55,418 nt of DNA, taken from the NCBI GenBank assembly GCA_002269645.1, contig NIVC01004203.1:1-55418 (forward strand), in the 5' to 3' direction. Shown here piece after piece: positions 22,181-34,340 of this stretch. Source of the stretch: Macrostomum lignano (lineage: Eukaryota). The position numbers and the translations under genes were made by a program. The notes below the pieces were generated by a model. That model searched no databases and was not told the origin of the DNA. It saw only the letters and a program-made list of their open reading frames with translations. Numbering within the stretch: position 1 is the first letter of the stretch; each line of letters opens with the position of its first letter.

Positions 22181-25100
22181 GTAGTTTAGGCGGACGGGAA
22201 TCGATCGAGCTCTGCTTGATCTTCTGAGAGCTTGTGCTGGTCCTTGATCTGGAAGTTGCAGCGGTCGAGGCTGCGACGGTGGCGGCGGCGTTGGCGGCGG
22301 CGTTGGCGGCGGCGTTGGCGGCGGCGTTGGCGGCGGCGGCGGCGGCGACGGTGGCGGTGGCGGCGGCAGCTGCAGCGGCGGTGGCGGCGGAACCAACGGT
22401 TGCGGTAGTGGAGGCCTGAGCTCACCGCTAAATTCCGGATTCGTCTGCACCGGCCCAGGCCGCTGGGAAGTCTTGTCGATTCGCATCTGTTCTGTGTGCC
22501 GCCGCACCATCCGGTTGTTCGGCAGAATGCACTTGTACCAGTTGCTGCCCTCCTTGCCGACCACCATAGCCGATGTCCAGGTTCGCTCGTTCCCGCGGCT
22601 AAAGTCTTGAACGAACACCGCCTCGCCCTCCTCGAAGACTCGTCTTTGTGCGCCCGAGTTGTGCTGCTGCTTCTGCTTTTCCTGGCTCTCGAGAACTCGC
22701 TTGGCGATGTCTGGCCTCGGTACGTCAAGCAGGCTACGCAGCGTCCGGTGCATCAGCAGCTCACACGGTGCCACTCCCGTCGTTGGATGCGGTGTAGTAC
22801 GGTAGCTGAGCAGGAATCTGGCCAGCTGGGTCTCCAGGGAGCTGCCGTCATTGGCCTGCTTCTTCAGGGAGTTCTTAACAGTTTGCACTGCTCGCTCAGC
22901 TTGGCCATTGGAAGCCGGGTGGTAGGGTGGCGTGCGGATGTGCCGAATTCCGTTCTTGGCACAAAAGGCGTCGAACTCGAAGCGAAGGTCGTCGTCGCTG
23001 TCGTCACGTACACATCGAGCCACTTTGAGAAGGAGTCGACCACCACCAGCAGCATCCGACCTTGGACGGGACCGGCAAAATCGACGTGGATTCTCGACCA
23101 AGGCCTTGCCGTTAGCGGCCATGGCTGCAGCGGAGCTTCTGGTCCGGCTCGCTGGTCTTTCTGGCAGTCCGTGCAGCTTGCTGCCTTGGCCTCAATGTCA
23201 CGATCCATGCCCGGCCACCATATGTAACTTCTGGCAAGCGACTTCATCCGGGATGCTCCAGGGTGTCCAACATGCAGGCAGTCGAGCAAGCGGCTTTGGC
23301 CGACTTCAGGAATGACGACACGACTGCCCCAGAGAACGCAGCCGTCTTGAACTGACAATTCCTGGTGCCGTTTCCCGAAGGGCACCCAATCGGAAGTCCA
23401 GGAATCTCGGTCTGGCCAGGCCGAGAGACAGTAAAGAATTACGCGTGACAATGTAGGGTCGCGGCGGGACCAGGTGCGCACGTCTGATGAAGTCACCGGC
23501 CCGGCGTCCAGGCAGTCCATCACTTGCACGACTTCTGGAGGCACCGGAACTTCCTTAGGGCCCGCTGATGCAGGAAGGCGGCTTAAGGCGTCTGCTCGGA
23601 GTATGGAGACCCCGCTGCGGTGTACAAGACGGTACCGGTACGCGGTCAGCAGCAACGCCCATCGTTGGACTCGGCCGGAAGCCAGGGCTGGAAGCGGTCG
23701 CTCTTGTCCTAGAAGGCCGAGAAGCGGCCGGTGGTCGGTCAACAGGTTGAACTCCCGACCAAACAGATAGTGATGGAATTTTTTCACACCGAAAACCAGC
23801 GCCAAGGCCTCCTTCTCCAGCTGGCAGTAATTTTTCTCTGCTGAGCTGAGGCTGCGCGAAGCGTACGCGATCGGCTTGTCCATGCCGTCCAGACGGTGGA
23901 ATATGACGGCACCGAGCCCGTACTGCGATGCGTCGCACTCCAGGTAGAGCTCTTCTGCAGCGTTATAGTGGACTAGGACGCTGGGGTGCGTGAGCAGCTG
24001 CTTTGCCGCGCTGAACGCGTCCGCCTCGCTGCGATCCCACTGCCACCTTGAGTTCTTCTCCAAGAGCCTGTGCAGCGGGGCCAGAACACTAGAGAGATTT
24101 GGCAAAAACTTGCCGTAGTAGTTGATGAGGCCCAAGAAGCTCCTCAGTTGAGTCGTGTTAGTCGGTGCAGGCGAGTCCAGCACAGCTCGAACCTTATCGT
24201 CCAGCGGGTGCAGCCCTTCGGCGTCGATGCGGTGGCCTAGGTACGTGACTTCGTCCCTGAAAAAGGTGCACTTCTCAAGCTTGCAGGTCAGCCCGGACTC
24301 CTTGAAGACCTTCAGAACTGCTCTCAGGTTGCGGAGGTGACTGGCGTCGTCTTCGCCTGTGATGATGACATCGTCGATGAAGGATGCAGAGTGCGGAATT
24401 CCTCGCAGTAAGCTGTCCATCACCCGCTGAAACACGCTGGGGGCGATCGACACGCCGAAAGGCAGACGGGTGTAGCGAAGAAGTCCCAGCGAGGTGTTGA
24501 TGGTACAGAGCTCTTGAGCATCCTCATCCAGGGGAAGCTGCGAAAATGCCTGGCTCAGATCCAGTTTTGAGAACTTCTTACCGCCAGCCAAGCGTCAAAA
24601 CAGCTCGTCGATGTTCGGCAGCGGGTAAGCCTCAGGCCGGATAGCTGCGTTGACCGACTGCTTGAAATCAGCGCAGATGCGCACGCTGCCGTCGGACTTC
24701 ATTACCGGCACGATCGGGGACGCCCAGTCGGAATTTTTGACCGGCACCAGGATTCCTTGGTCGATTTCCTTCTTCAGCTGCTGCTCAACCTTCTCGCGCA
24801 GCGCAAACGGCACCGGCCGCGCCTTATAGAACCTTGGTCTGGCGTTCTCCTTCAGACTGATGGACACCGGCTTGCCGCTGAACTCGCCCAAACCTTGGAA
24901 GACTTCTGAGAACTCCTGTAGCAACTCCTTGGCTGCATCAGCTTCTTCCATACGCTTGATAGATTGCCAGTCCAGCCGCAGGCGGTGTAGCCAGTCTCGA
25001 CCAAGGAGGCTCGGACCACAACCGGCGACAACCAGCAGCGGCAGCTGTTCCTCGGCCGAACCTTGCGAAGCTCGCACGCGTACGAAGAGCTGACCGAGGA

Positions 25101-26166
25101 CACGGACGGTTTGACCGGTGTACGTACTGAGCTGAACCGTTGACGCAGACAGAGACATCCGGCTTCCCAGGTTTTCCTTGAACGTACGTTCGGACATCAG
25201 CGATACGGATGCCCCCGTGTCCACCTCCATCTCGAATCGCTTCTCCTCGATGAAGACAGAGGTCACGATTGGAGGAAACCTGGCCTGCGATCGGTCAGCA
25301 CCCAGATGGTAGAAGGGATAAGCGACCTCGGCTGGGCTGGGCGGCTCGGCGGCCTGAGCTGAGCTGCTGTCTGAAGGCTGCTGGTCAACCAGCTGGTGCA
25401 TTTGCATGTGCTGTGTCCCCGCCTTGCATGCCTTCGCGGTGTGCCCGGTTTTGCTGCAGTTGAAACAGCGTTTGTCCGCGAAGGGACATTTGGCTGCCGG
25501 ATGGCGAGTCGACAAGCAGCGGAAACAGCGCCGCCGGCCTTCTGTTCCAGACTGACGGCTGTCTTGCGGTCGCTGTCGTTCCATTCGAAGCACGGAGTCG
25601 CTCTCTGTCGCTGACGATGCCGATGTCACTGCCGCAGGTTTTGCTGAGCCCAGCGATTGACAGTTTTTGGCTGCTGACTCGCCCGCTTGCGCGATCTGTT
25701 TGGCAGTTACGAGGGTCAGCTCGGCCTCCATCAGGAGCCGGCGCTGGATTTGTTGGTCCGCGATGCCGCACACCAGCCTGTCGCGCAGCATGTCAGACAG
25801 GCTGCCGCCGTAATTGCAGAACTCCGCCAGCTTCCGCAGCTCCGCAAGGAACTCTGCCACCGACTCTCCAGGGCGCTGAACTCGGTTATTGAAGTGGAAC
25901 CTCTGAATGATCTTACTCGGCCTTGGGTTGAAATGAGCGCTCAGCAGCTCGCGTATTTCGGCATAGGATTTGTCCGCGACTTTGGCTGGAGAGCAGAGGC
26001 TTCTGGCCAACTGGAAGGTTTTCCTACCGCAGACGCTCAGCAGGGTGGCCCTCTTTTTACTTTCGTCGGTGATGTCCTGTGCCAGGAAATGTTGCTCCAG
26101 ACGCTCCTGGTACTCATCCCAGGTTTCCTCGGAGTCCTCATATTCTCCGATTGCGTGGTTAGGCAT
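22181..26166 (-). pseudogene. gag-pol of the Gypsy element (2 CCHC knuckles, protease, RT, RNase H, integrase), disrupted
   Basis: CFRC..H...C and CFNC..GH....C; VDTGAS; WASPIV..ADF; LPFG..FIDD; HHCC LHVGH..C..C; DFAGP; PYHPASNGQAER. In-frame TGA at 24597-24595; deletion plus frameshift near 22985 removes the second integrase Asp region. Confidence 0.92.
22277..22385. repeat. (GGC)n-rich microsatellite giving a poly-Pro tract in the integrase C-terminus
   Basis: ggcggcggcgttggcggcggcg.. translates to PPPTPPPT on the minus strand. Confidence 0.85.
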
Positions 26167-26178
26167 TGCTCAGCCACA

Positions 26179-26191
26179 ATCCTCGTCGCCA
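26179..26191 (-). other. Primer-binding site complementary to tRNA-Ser(GCU)
   Basis: TGGCGACGAGGAT, one nt after the 5' LTR; complementary to the conserved eukaryotic tRNA-Ser(GCU) 3' end AUCCUCGUCGCCA. Confidence 0.8.
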
Positions 26192-27132
26192 CTAAAACAA
26201 CTCTATAGTGGTTAGTGCGAGAAATCAAAAGTATTGAGCTCTGAGCTCACTAGACTACTTTTATATTTTGGTAAAAAGCGAACGTAAGAATGATTGATGC
26301 ATAAAAGCACAAGGGTTTTAAAAGAACGCACACACTAGTCACGCTCAATGAAGCATTGTCAGTCAATCGATAAAATAAAACAGCGAGTGTACTCAATGTA
26401 CACCCGCTGAGTCACGCGATACGACATTTAGAATCTAAGAAATCGTCTTAGAAGTCAGAACATCTACCAAAGGGTAAGAACATCCGCACCCGGGGATCTG
26501 AAAACTCGCCTAAGGGCAGAAAACCTACCAGAGTGAAAGCCGTGACCCTCTGATCCCGGTAACGCCTCAGGACTGAGAGAGAAAACCTCAATAGGCGAGT
26601 TGTAATACATAGGATAGGATAAAAGTACAGTGTCCTAAGACCGCTCAGGCTAGTAGTATATAATACGCTACCGACTTTATATGAGACGTTACCAGTTCAG
26701 CAGTAAGCTAAATTTAGAAGAAACTAGCAATCAGCGCCCCCCCGTTGGGGAGCCAAAAAATGCAGTACAAGTTTTTTTAATAAACTACATGTAAGCGTCT
26801 CTTTGCATTATACCTCAGCAACCCCTTGTAAGCCTTAACATGTCAGCAATCCCCCCACAAGCCTTAGCATACTCCCCCCTTGAAATCTCAGCTATTCCCC
26901 CCGTAAGCCTTGACATGTTAGCGATGCCCCCCCATAAACCATCTGAAAAATCCCCTGTTAACCTTGAAACCCGCTAAAATCTAACCCTCAACCCAAAACT
27001 AACCTAAACCTAACTTTAACCCAACCTAAAGCCTTGAAATCTCGGCAATTCTTCTCCCCTAAGCCTTGATATTTTAGTGATTCCTTCTTTAAGCATCACA
27101 GCACTATAGCGATTCCCTCCAACCCTTGACAT

Positions 27133-28817
27133 TGTAGCGTACTTTAATGACTTTCCCGAAATTTCTTCAGATTTCTAAAAGTCAAAAACTATTTCCAGAA
27201 ACTTCTTTGAGTTAGCAGCTAATCTATAACATACGCATATAAATAGTAAATAATTAATTATCACTTAAGTATTAATGTTCTAGTTATATTTACGTAATGT
27301 ATATAATTAAAGAGTTATTTCGCTTTGTTAAAATTAGCTGAATCTTTCTAGAAATTTCCGGAAGGCAATAACAAAGCTATAAATACACGGCGGCAGCAGT
27401 GAAACAAATCACTCTCTCACTCTCCCCTTGTTTTCTCTTTGATCAAAGTTACGTTGGTAAATAACTAAATGAACCACCGCCTTGCTCTTATTCAATAATC
27501 AAATTAAAGAAAATTCTACAATGGTCCGGTGAGGCGTCGAGCGATCTCTTTCAGAATGCGTGTGCATACGCACGCCCGTGACCGCTCATCATGCCATCAT
27601 TCGCGATCAGCACCGCCGTCGCTACCAACGCCAAAACATAGCACACCACTGTCTACTGCCCAGCGTCATCACTTCTCAGCGTGTCTCCCGTCGCCGTCAT
27701 GTAATATAAATTTAGCTAAACCGTCGCCAACCTCCCTGTTCCCACATCTAAAAACGACACGGTATCTCGTCGGTGACCAAATAAACTACGCCTACACGGG
27801 CTCACGAACGGCCATCCGATCGAGCCATCCGCGCAGCTACATGTATGACCTCCACGTATACGTACCAGCGACATCAACCGCAGCACCGCGCAGACGCGAC
27901 GTTAGCACTGGGTCTCATCCGTCGCGAAAAAACTCAATTAGCAATCCACAATAAACCGGCTGGCACTACCGGCGAGTCTACACATTGCAACCTTCTACGA
28001 GGTTCCTCGATAAGCCGGTGGTCAACCAGCTGGCCTAACCCGAACAACACCCATGAATCTTCTCGGTTCTGTTTCAGCCGCAGAGCGACTACCCGCCTTG
28101 ATCCCTGGCGCCTATCCGTAGTTCGGGAGTCGTCTGTCTGCAAACCGGCAATAACCTGCAGGTCGTTCAAACTACAGCGACAAACCGCCATCCTGGAACA
28201 GTGCCGCAGAGACCACGGACTTGTTAACCGCCATAATGTACAATCAGTCTGAACTCCTCGACCGCAGTGCGAGCCCAGCTGCCCCTATCCGTCTCGCGGT
28301 GAACCCAGTCGTCATCTGTATTAATTTTCAGCAGCGTAATTTCAACCTGGACTTTATTCACGGTAACCCAGCAACTAATTAACATTAATTAACCGTCATA
28401 CCTTAGGGACTCCGTCTCCCGTGGGGGGAACTGTTGTAGCGTACTTTAATGACTTTCCCGAAATTTCTTCAGATTTCTAAAAGTCAAAAACTATTTCCAG
28501 AAACTTCTTTGAGTTAGCAGCTAATCTATAACATACGCATATAAATAGTAAATAATTAATTATCACTTAAGTATTAATGTTCTAATTATATTTACGTAAT
28601 GTATATAATTAAAGAGTTATTTCGCTTTGTTAAAATTAGCTGAATCTTTCTAGAAATTTCCGGAAGGCAATAACAAAGCTATAAATACACGGCGGCAGCA
28701 GTGAAACAAATCACTCACTCTCCCCTTGTTTTCTCTTTGATCTAAGTTACGTTGGTAAATAACTAAATGAACCACCGCCTTGCTCTTATTCAATAATCAA
28801 TTAAAGAAAATTCTACA
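27133..28817 (+). mobile_element. Non-autonomous LTR retroelement (TRIM/LARD-like)
   Basis: LTRs 27133-27520 and 28435-28817 (TGTAG...CTACA, about 4 differences); 4-bp TSD ACAT (27129-27132, 28818-28821); PBS-like TGGTCCG at 27522; PPT GGGGGGAA before the 3' LTR; ~0.9-kb interior with no retroelement protein motifs. Confidence 0.9.
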
Positions 28818-29149
28818 ACATCGTAGCAATTCCCAAATGAATTTTTTAACTTCGACATGACTCTTCTTTTATGTATACATAGTGCTACTTTTCTTTTTTA
28901 CATGACTCTTCTTCTATCAGCCCCCCCCCGTTACGAGCCAACAAAGAATGTAATAAAAAAATTGAGCAAACTACATGTACTATGAAGTAGCTTCTGACGT
29001 TTGCTTTGACATCTCAGAAACCCTCCCCCCGTAATCTCAGTTATTCTCCGTAAGCCTTGACATCTCAGTAATTCTCCCCAGCACAGCACAAAAGCTTCAT
29101 TTACTTTTTACATGGCACTTCTTTTATGTCTGACAGGACGCTTATTTTG

Positions 29150-30325
29150 ATTTTTACATGACGCTTCTACGAGCTATAATTTCTCAAATGACACTTTCAT
29201 TAGTTTTTACATGACGCTTCTATGATTTTTTACATGACGCTTCTATGATTTTTTACATGACGCTTCTGTTGTACGTGTGGTTGTCCTGCTGTACAGCGCA
29301 GTGACTTGGGCTCCGTCCTCTCACTTAGAAGCCTTCTTAACTTTAGTAGCGTAGGTAGTGCTGCCACCAGTTCCTTCAGGTCTCGGCCTTCGGTGAGGTG
29401 AGCTTCCCGTCGGAACGAAATAATGAAGTCAACGAACACAGCACAGCGTGCAGATTTAGAGCGCAACGAATAGGGCGTCTCGTCAGCAGTACCTGCCGGG
29501 CTAGGATGGTAGAGGGAGGGCTGAGTTAGCCTCTCGTAGACTTGGGTTGACTTGGTCAGGTTTCAGTCGGAGCAATAGGAATAGAATCAATATGCGCAAA
29601 GGCTCGGACACTCGGGATTTAGTCACGTGCAGACGTAGAACTCGAGGTTGAACAGAAAGAAGACTCCTTGACGGAAACAAGGCGGAGAGGGCTCCTATTT
29701 ATAGCCGGGAAACGCCCGCGCTCAAGACCTCGTGACTCGTTCTATTTTTAGAACTGACGTCACTCGAGAGTCTTGGGCAGGGTACAAGCGTGCGGAAGGC
29801 CTCGTGATTGTTCTATTTTTAGAACTGACGTCACTTGAGGTCCCCGGCCAGAGTACACGCGGCTGTGACTCAGTTGCTATTTTTAGCAACATGAGTCACT
29901 CCTCTCCTTAGAGAAGGGAGGGGTCCGAAAGCACGTGACTCACCCGGTAAACAGGGCCAACGGGTGCAGTAAACATGCTTACTGCACTTTAAGACTCAAA
30001 GAACGCAAGAACTGTCATGTGACTTGCTCACAAGACAGTGAAAACGGGACGGGGGCGAAACAGAGACAGCTCACAGCCGAGAGGCTGGGGGCTGAGAACA
30101 GAGACGCAACAGAGCGACAAAAGGGCGGGCGACAACAGGCAGACAAAAGGGGGGCGGGAAGCTGACCAGCGGCAGCGGCGAGGGCGAGGGAACAGCTGAC
30201 AAGGGCGACGCCTAACCATTAACTAGCGGCTCACTACACTTCTATGATTTTTTATATGACGCTTCAATGATTTTTTACATGACGCTTCTGTGATTTTTTA
30301 CATGACGCTTCTATGATTTTTCACA
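29150..30325. repeat. 23-bp satellite (ATGACGCTTCTATGATTTTTTAC) split by a solo LTR
   Basis: Units at ~29150-29266 and 30239-30325. Confidence 0.8.
29267..30238 (-). mobile_element. Solo LTR (972 bp)
   Basis: TGTTG...CTACA ends; 4-bp TSD CTTC (29263-29266, 30239-30242); minus-strand TATAAATA at ~29696-29703, preceded by three ~35-bp repeats (gtgact..ctatttttag.aactgacgtcact). Confidence 0.8.
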
Positions 30326-30855
30326 TTTTAGGATTTAAAGAGAGAAATGAACACCTAGCTACCACGGCTTGGTGACTCAACGGTGGGATTATTCTGACAG
30401 AGAACTAACACCACCAACACAACTTGGTGACAGCATTATAGTATTAGATTTATTTGAGCATTGTGATAAAACACTAATTTAGTAGGACGGATAATTTCTC
30501 GATAAACCGGTATTATATACATTTATAATGCAACCCCAGCTATTAGTTGGTGAAGACTAGTGAAATTTCTTGGAAAAGGATAGTCGCAGAAAGATTTGCG
30601 CACAACTGCTGCACACACGCAGTTCCATGTTTTCCTGCTGTACGCAGATGATGCCCCGGTTCAACTCCGAAAATCGGCGGTTGACGGAGAAACCAAACGC
30701 AATGACTGAAAATAGCAGTACAGACATGCATGCCCTGTAGCTCTGCAGTTTATAACAGAACAGTTCGGATTATCTAGGAACTGACTGAAAACTCGTCAGT
30801 GAATTTAATAAACTACATTTTAGGTATCTTTGCAATAGAATTCAAATAATTAATC

Positions 30856-32577
30856 ATGGAAGTGGCCGCCAAAATACCTGAAGCAATCGATGCTGCCATT
30901 GAAGGCCGCAACGCTGAATCCTTTCAAAAACGATTGGGCAGCTGGCTGATCCTTCCAGGTGTCATGATTTTGTACCTGTCGCAGTTCGTGCTAGATTGCA
31001 CCGCTGCCTCGGAGCTACAGACGTTGACCTTTAACGTAACGTGTCCTGAGCAGCTGACATCTCACTGCTCCTGCTCTGACAGAGACTGCACCGCAGCCAT
31101 CAGCCATCTGCAACCGCTGTACATTCTGTTTGTAGTGATTGCAGGCATTCTGCTCATAGGCGTACTGATTGTGTTCAGCACCTCCTGCTGCTGTGTGACT
31201 ACCGTTCGCGAGGAAGGTTAGCTGCCTTTAATTTGAACTTTGTTACATTGAATTCTTTTACTACTCTGAAGAATTAAATTTTCAGACGAAAGAGACTCTC
31301 CGATCGACGGCGAGGAAATCCGGCCCGGCCCCAGGGAAAGAGACTCTTGGATCGACGGCGGGGGAATCCGGCCCGGCCCCAGGGAAAGAGACTCTCGGAT
31401 CGACGGCGGGGGAATCCGGCCCGGCCCCAGGGAAAGAGACTCTTGGATCGACGGCGGGGGAATCCGGCCCGGCAACAGGGAAAGAGACTCTCGGATCGAC
31501 GGCGAATGGCCCGGCCCCAGGGAAAGAGACTCTTGGATCGACGGCGGGGGAATCCGGCCCGGCAACAGGGAAAGAGACTCTCGGATCGACGGCGGACGGC
31601 CCGGCCCCAGGGAAAGAGACTCTTGGATCGACGGCGGGGGAATCCGGCCCGGCAACAGGGAAAGAGACTCTTGGATCGACGGCGGGGGAATCCGGCCCGG
31701 CCCCAGGGAAAGAGACTCTCGGATCGACGGCGGACGGCCCGGCCCCAGGGAAAGAGATTCTCGGATTGACGGCGGAGGAATCCGGCCCGGCCCCAGGGAA
31801 AGAGACTCTCGGATCGACGGCGGACGGCCCGGCCCCAGGGAAAGAGACTCTCGGATCGACGGCGGAGGAATCCGGCACGGCCCCAGCGAAAGCGACTCTC
31901 GGATCGACGGCGGACGGCCCGGCCCCAGGGAAAGCGACTCTCGGATTGACGGCGGAGGAATCCGGCCCGGCCCCAGCGAAAGAGACTCTCGGATCGACGG
32001 CGGACGGCCCGGCCCCAGGGAAAGCGACTCTCGGATCGACGGCGGAGGAATCCGGCACGGCCCCAGCGAAAGCGACTCTCGGATCGACGGCGAGGAAATC
32101 CGGCCCGGCCCCAGAGAAAGCGACTCTCGGATCGACGGCGAGGAAATCCGGCCCGGCCCCAGAGAAAGCGACTCTCCGATCAACAGCAGGGGAATCCGGG
32201 CCTGTCGCAGCGCCCTGCTGCTCAGCCTGCTCATCTCGCTGCTGCACACTGTCCCGCTGAACGCTCTTCGAGCTCAGTATCTCCATGCCTTCAGGAAATT
32301 TATCCCACTAAGAGGCCTCATCAAGCTGCTGCTACCACCCGTCTGCGCACTTTTGCTCGCCATATTCGCCTTTCTGTTCCGCGTTCCGTTCTCCTTCTGG
32401 GGCCGCTGCAGCGACCTCCGCGGCTTCAGCACCGCTGGAGTGGTGCGGGATGCCATAGGGAATCCTGGTGATAATGTCCTGCTGTCGAGGCCGTGGCGAG
32501 TCCTGCACTTCTGTCTGATCCTGCTGTCCATCATTGACTGTCTGTGCGCTCTGCTGGCTCTTCTACTTGGCATCTGA
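30856..32577 (+). CDS. Orphan 5-TM family copy 5 (2 exons, 550 aa) with a repeat-expanded loop
   Basis: Exon 1 30856-31216 (phase 1), exon 2 31286-32577; the frame is preserved across 20 repeat units into SALLLSLL..LLGI*. Confidence 0.78.
31288..32190 (+). repeat. Coding minisatellite, 48/42-bp units x20 (RERDSRIDGGGIRPGP / RERDSRIDGGRPGP)
   Basis: Unit starts are separated by 13 intervals of 48 nt and 6 of 42 nt (876 nt in total). Confidence 0.92.
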
Positions 32578-33188
32578 GGTGTGGCAGATCTCTGAACTTT
32601 TGGCAAATAGCTCGTATTATTTAACAGTAACCAGCAATATTCAGATTCAGTATCTCAAATTTAGCTTTTAAATCTCGGTGAATGTCGGTGTTCTGTTAAA
32701 TACGAAGTCCTTGCGAACCCAAAATTCATGATGTCTTCTGGACGCTTCAGCTATTATTCCTTAGTTAAGGATGGTTCGATGGCGACTGTTACCTTTCAGA
32801 TCCAAATCTTTATTTACCCTCCTGCGTGTAAGACGTAGATGTACGCTCGTAACTCTCAAGAACTCTACACTAATTTTCAATCAAACTAATCGTCACGAGC
32901 ATCAATCGTAAGCTCGTTCCTTTTTGAATAAATCTGTTATATACTCGTACTAATAAAAAGCAGTGATACATTCAATTACGCTTTATTGGATTAATATATG
33001 TTGATACATATATTAGAGTCCAGATGCAGAATGCGGACGTTATATTTAAATAAATAGTCATAACTGCCTCCCTAGAGAAGAACCTGTTCACCCTATCTTA
33101 GCAGATCTTGTCCCAGCGCATCAGGATCTTACAAGATGTGTGACACTTTCTTGAAAGAGATTGTGGTGACTTTATTGATTGATTTCTA

Positions 33189-33209
33189 ATACTACTACTA
33201 CTACTACTG

Positions 33210-33280
<71 letters not shown>

Positions 33281-33281
33281 G

Positions 33282-33342
<61 letters not shown>
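33189..33342. repeat. (TAC)n microsatellite
   Basis: About 50 units; the poly-Thr ORF is an artefact. Confidence 0.95.
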
Positions 33343-33345
<3 letters not shown>

Positions 33346-33556
33346 GCCACGACCACAGCTGCCCTCGCCTTAAGCTCGAGGAACTCAGCAGCCGGAGCTC
33401 GATGCTCGATATCTATATCAACCTGGGACAAACACAGAATAATGTAGAAGTGCCTTTTCATTACCTTTCATTGGTTGCATTTCATTATTGTTTTTTTTAT
33501 ATTTTTTTCATTATTATTTCATCAGTGCCTTTCCTTTTCATTGGATTATGTAGATG

Positions 33557-34340
33557 AGTTCAACTGCGTGCAGAATGTCAAATTCAACTGCTTGCAGGAT
33601 GTCGAATTCAACTGCTTGCAGGATGTCAAATTCAACTGCTTGCAGGATGTCAAATTCAACTGCTTGCAGGATGTCAAATTCAACGGCCTGCAGGATGTCA
33701 AATTCAACTGCCTGTAGGATGTCAAATTCAACTGCTTGCAGGATGTCAAATTCAACGGCCTGCAGGATGTCAAATTCAACTGCCTGTAGGATGTCAAATT
33801 CAACTGCTTGCAGGATGTCAAATTCAACTGCTTGCAGGATGTCAAATTCAACTGCTTGCAGGATGTCAAATTCAACTGCTTGCAGGATGTCGAATTCAAC
33901 TGCTTGCAGGATGTCAAATTCAACTGCTTGCAGGATGTCAAATTCAACTGCTTGCAGGATGTCAAATTCAACTGCTTGCAGGATGTCAAATTCAACTGCT
34001 TGCAGGATGTCAAATTCAACTGCTTGCAGGATGTCAAATTCAACTGCTTGCAGGATGTCAAATTCAACTGCCTGCAGGATGTCAAATTCAACTGCCTGTA
34101 GGATGTCAAATTCAACTGCTTGCAGGATGTCAAATTCAACTGCTTGCAGGATGTCAAATTCAACTGCTTGCAGGATGTCAAATTTAACTGCTTGCAGGAT
34201 GTCAAATTCAACTGCTTGCAGGATGTCAAATTCAACTGCTTGCAGGATGTCAAATTCAACTGCTTGCAGGATGTCAAATTCAACTGCTTGCAGGATGTCA
34301 AATTCAACTGCTTGCAGGATGTCAAATGCAACTGCTTGCA
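33557..34340. repeat. 24-bp minisatellite (AATTCAACTGCTTGCAGGATGTCA), ~32 copies
   Basis: Near-perfect tandem units. Confidence 0.95.

Larger units (their letters stand above)
20644..26426 (-). mobile_element. Gypsy/Ty3 (Mag-like) LTR retrotransposon, full span but defective
   Basis: LTRs 26193-26426 (5') and 20644-20878 (3'), ~98% identical; 5-bp TSD TTTAG (20639-20643, 26427-26431); PBS; single gag-pol frame. Confidence 0.95.

Noticed and set aside
12603-24597. UGA reassignment or selenocysteine to explain the in-frame TGAs in the kinase and the Gypsy RT
   Set aside because: TGA is the normal terminator of cyclin G, both GPCRs and the 5-TM genes. The Gypsy TGA is inside RT rather than at a gag-pol boundary, and that element has other lesions.
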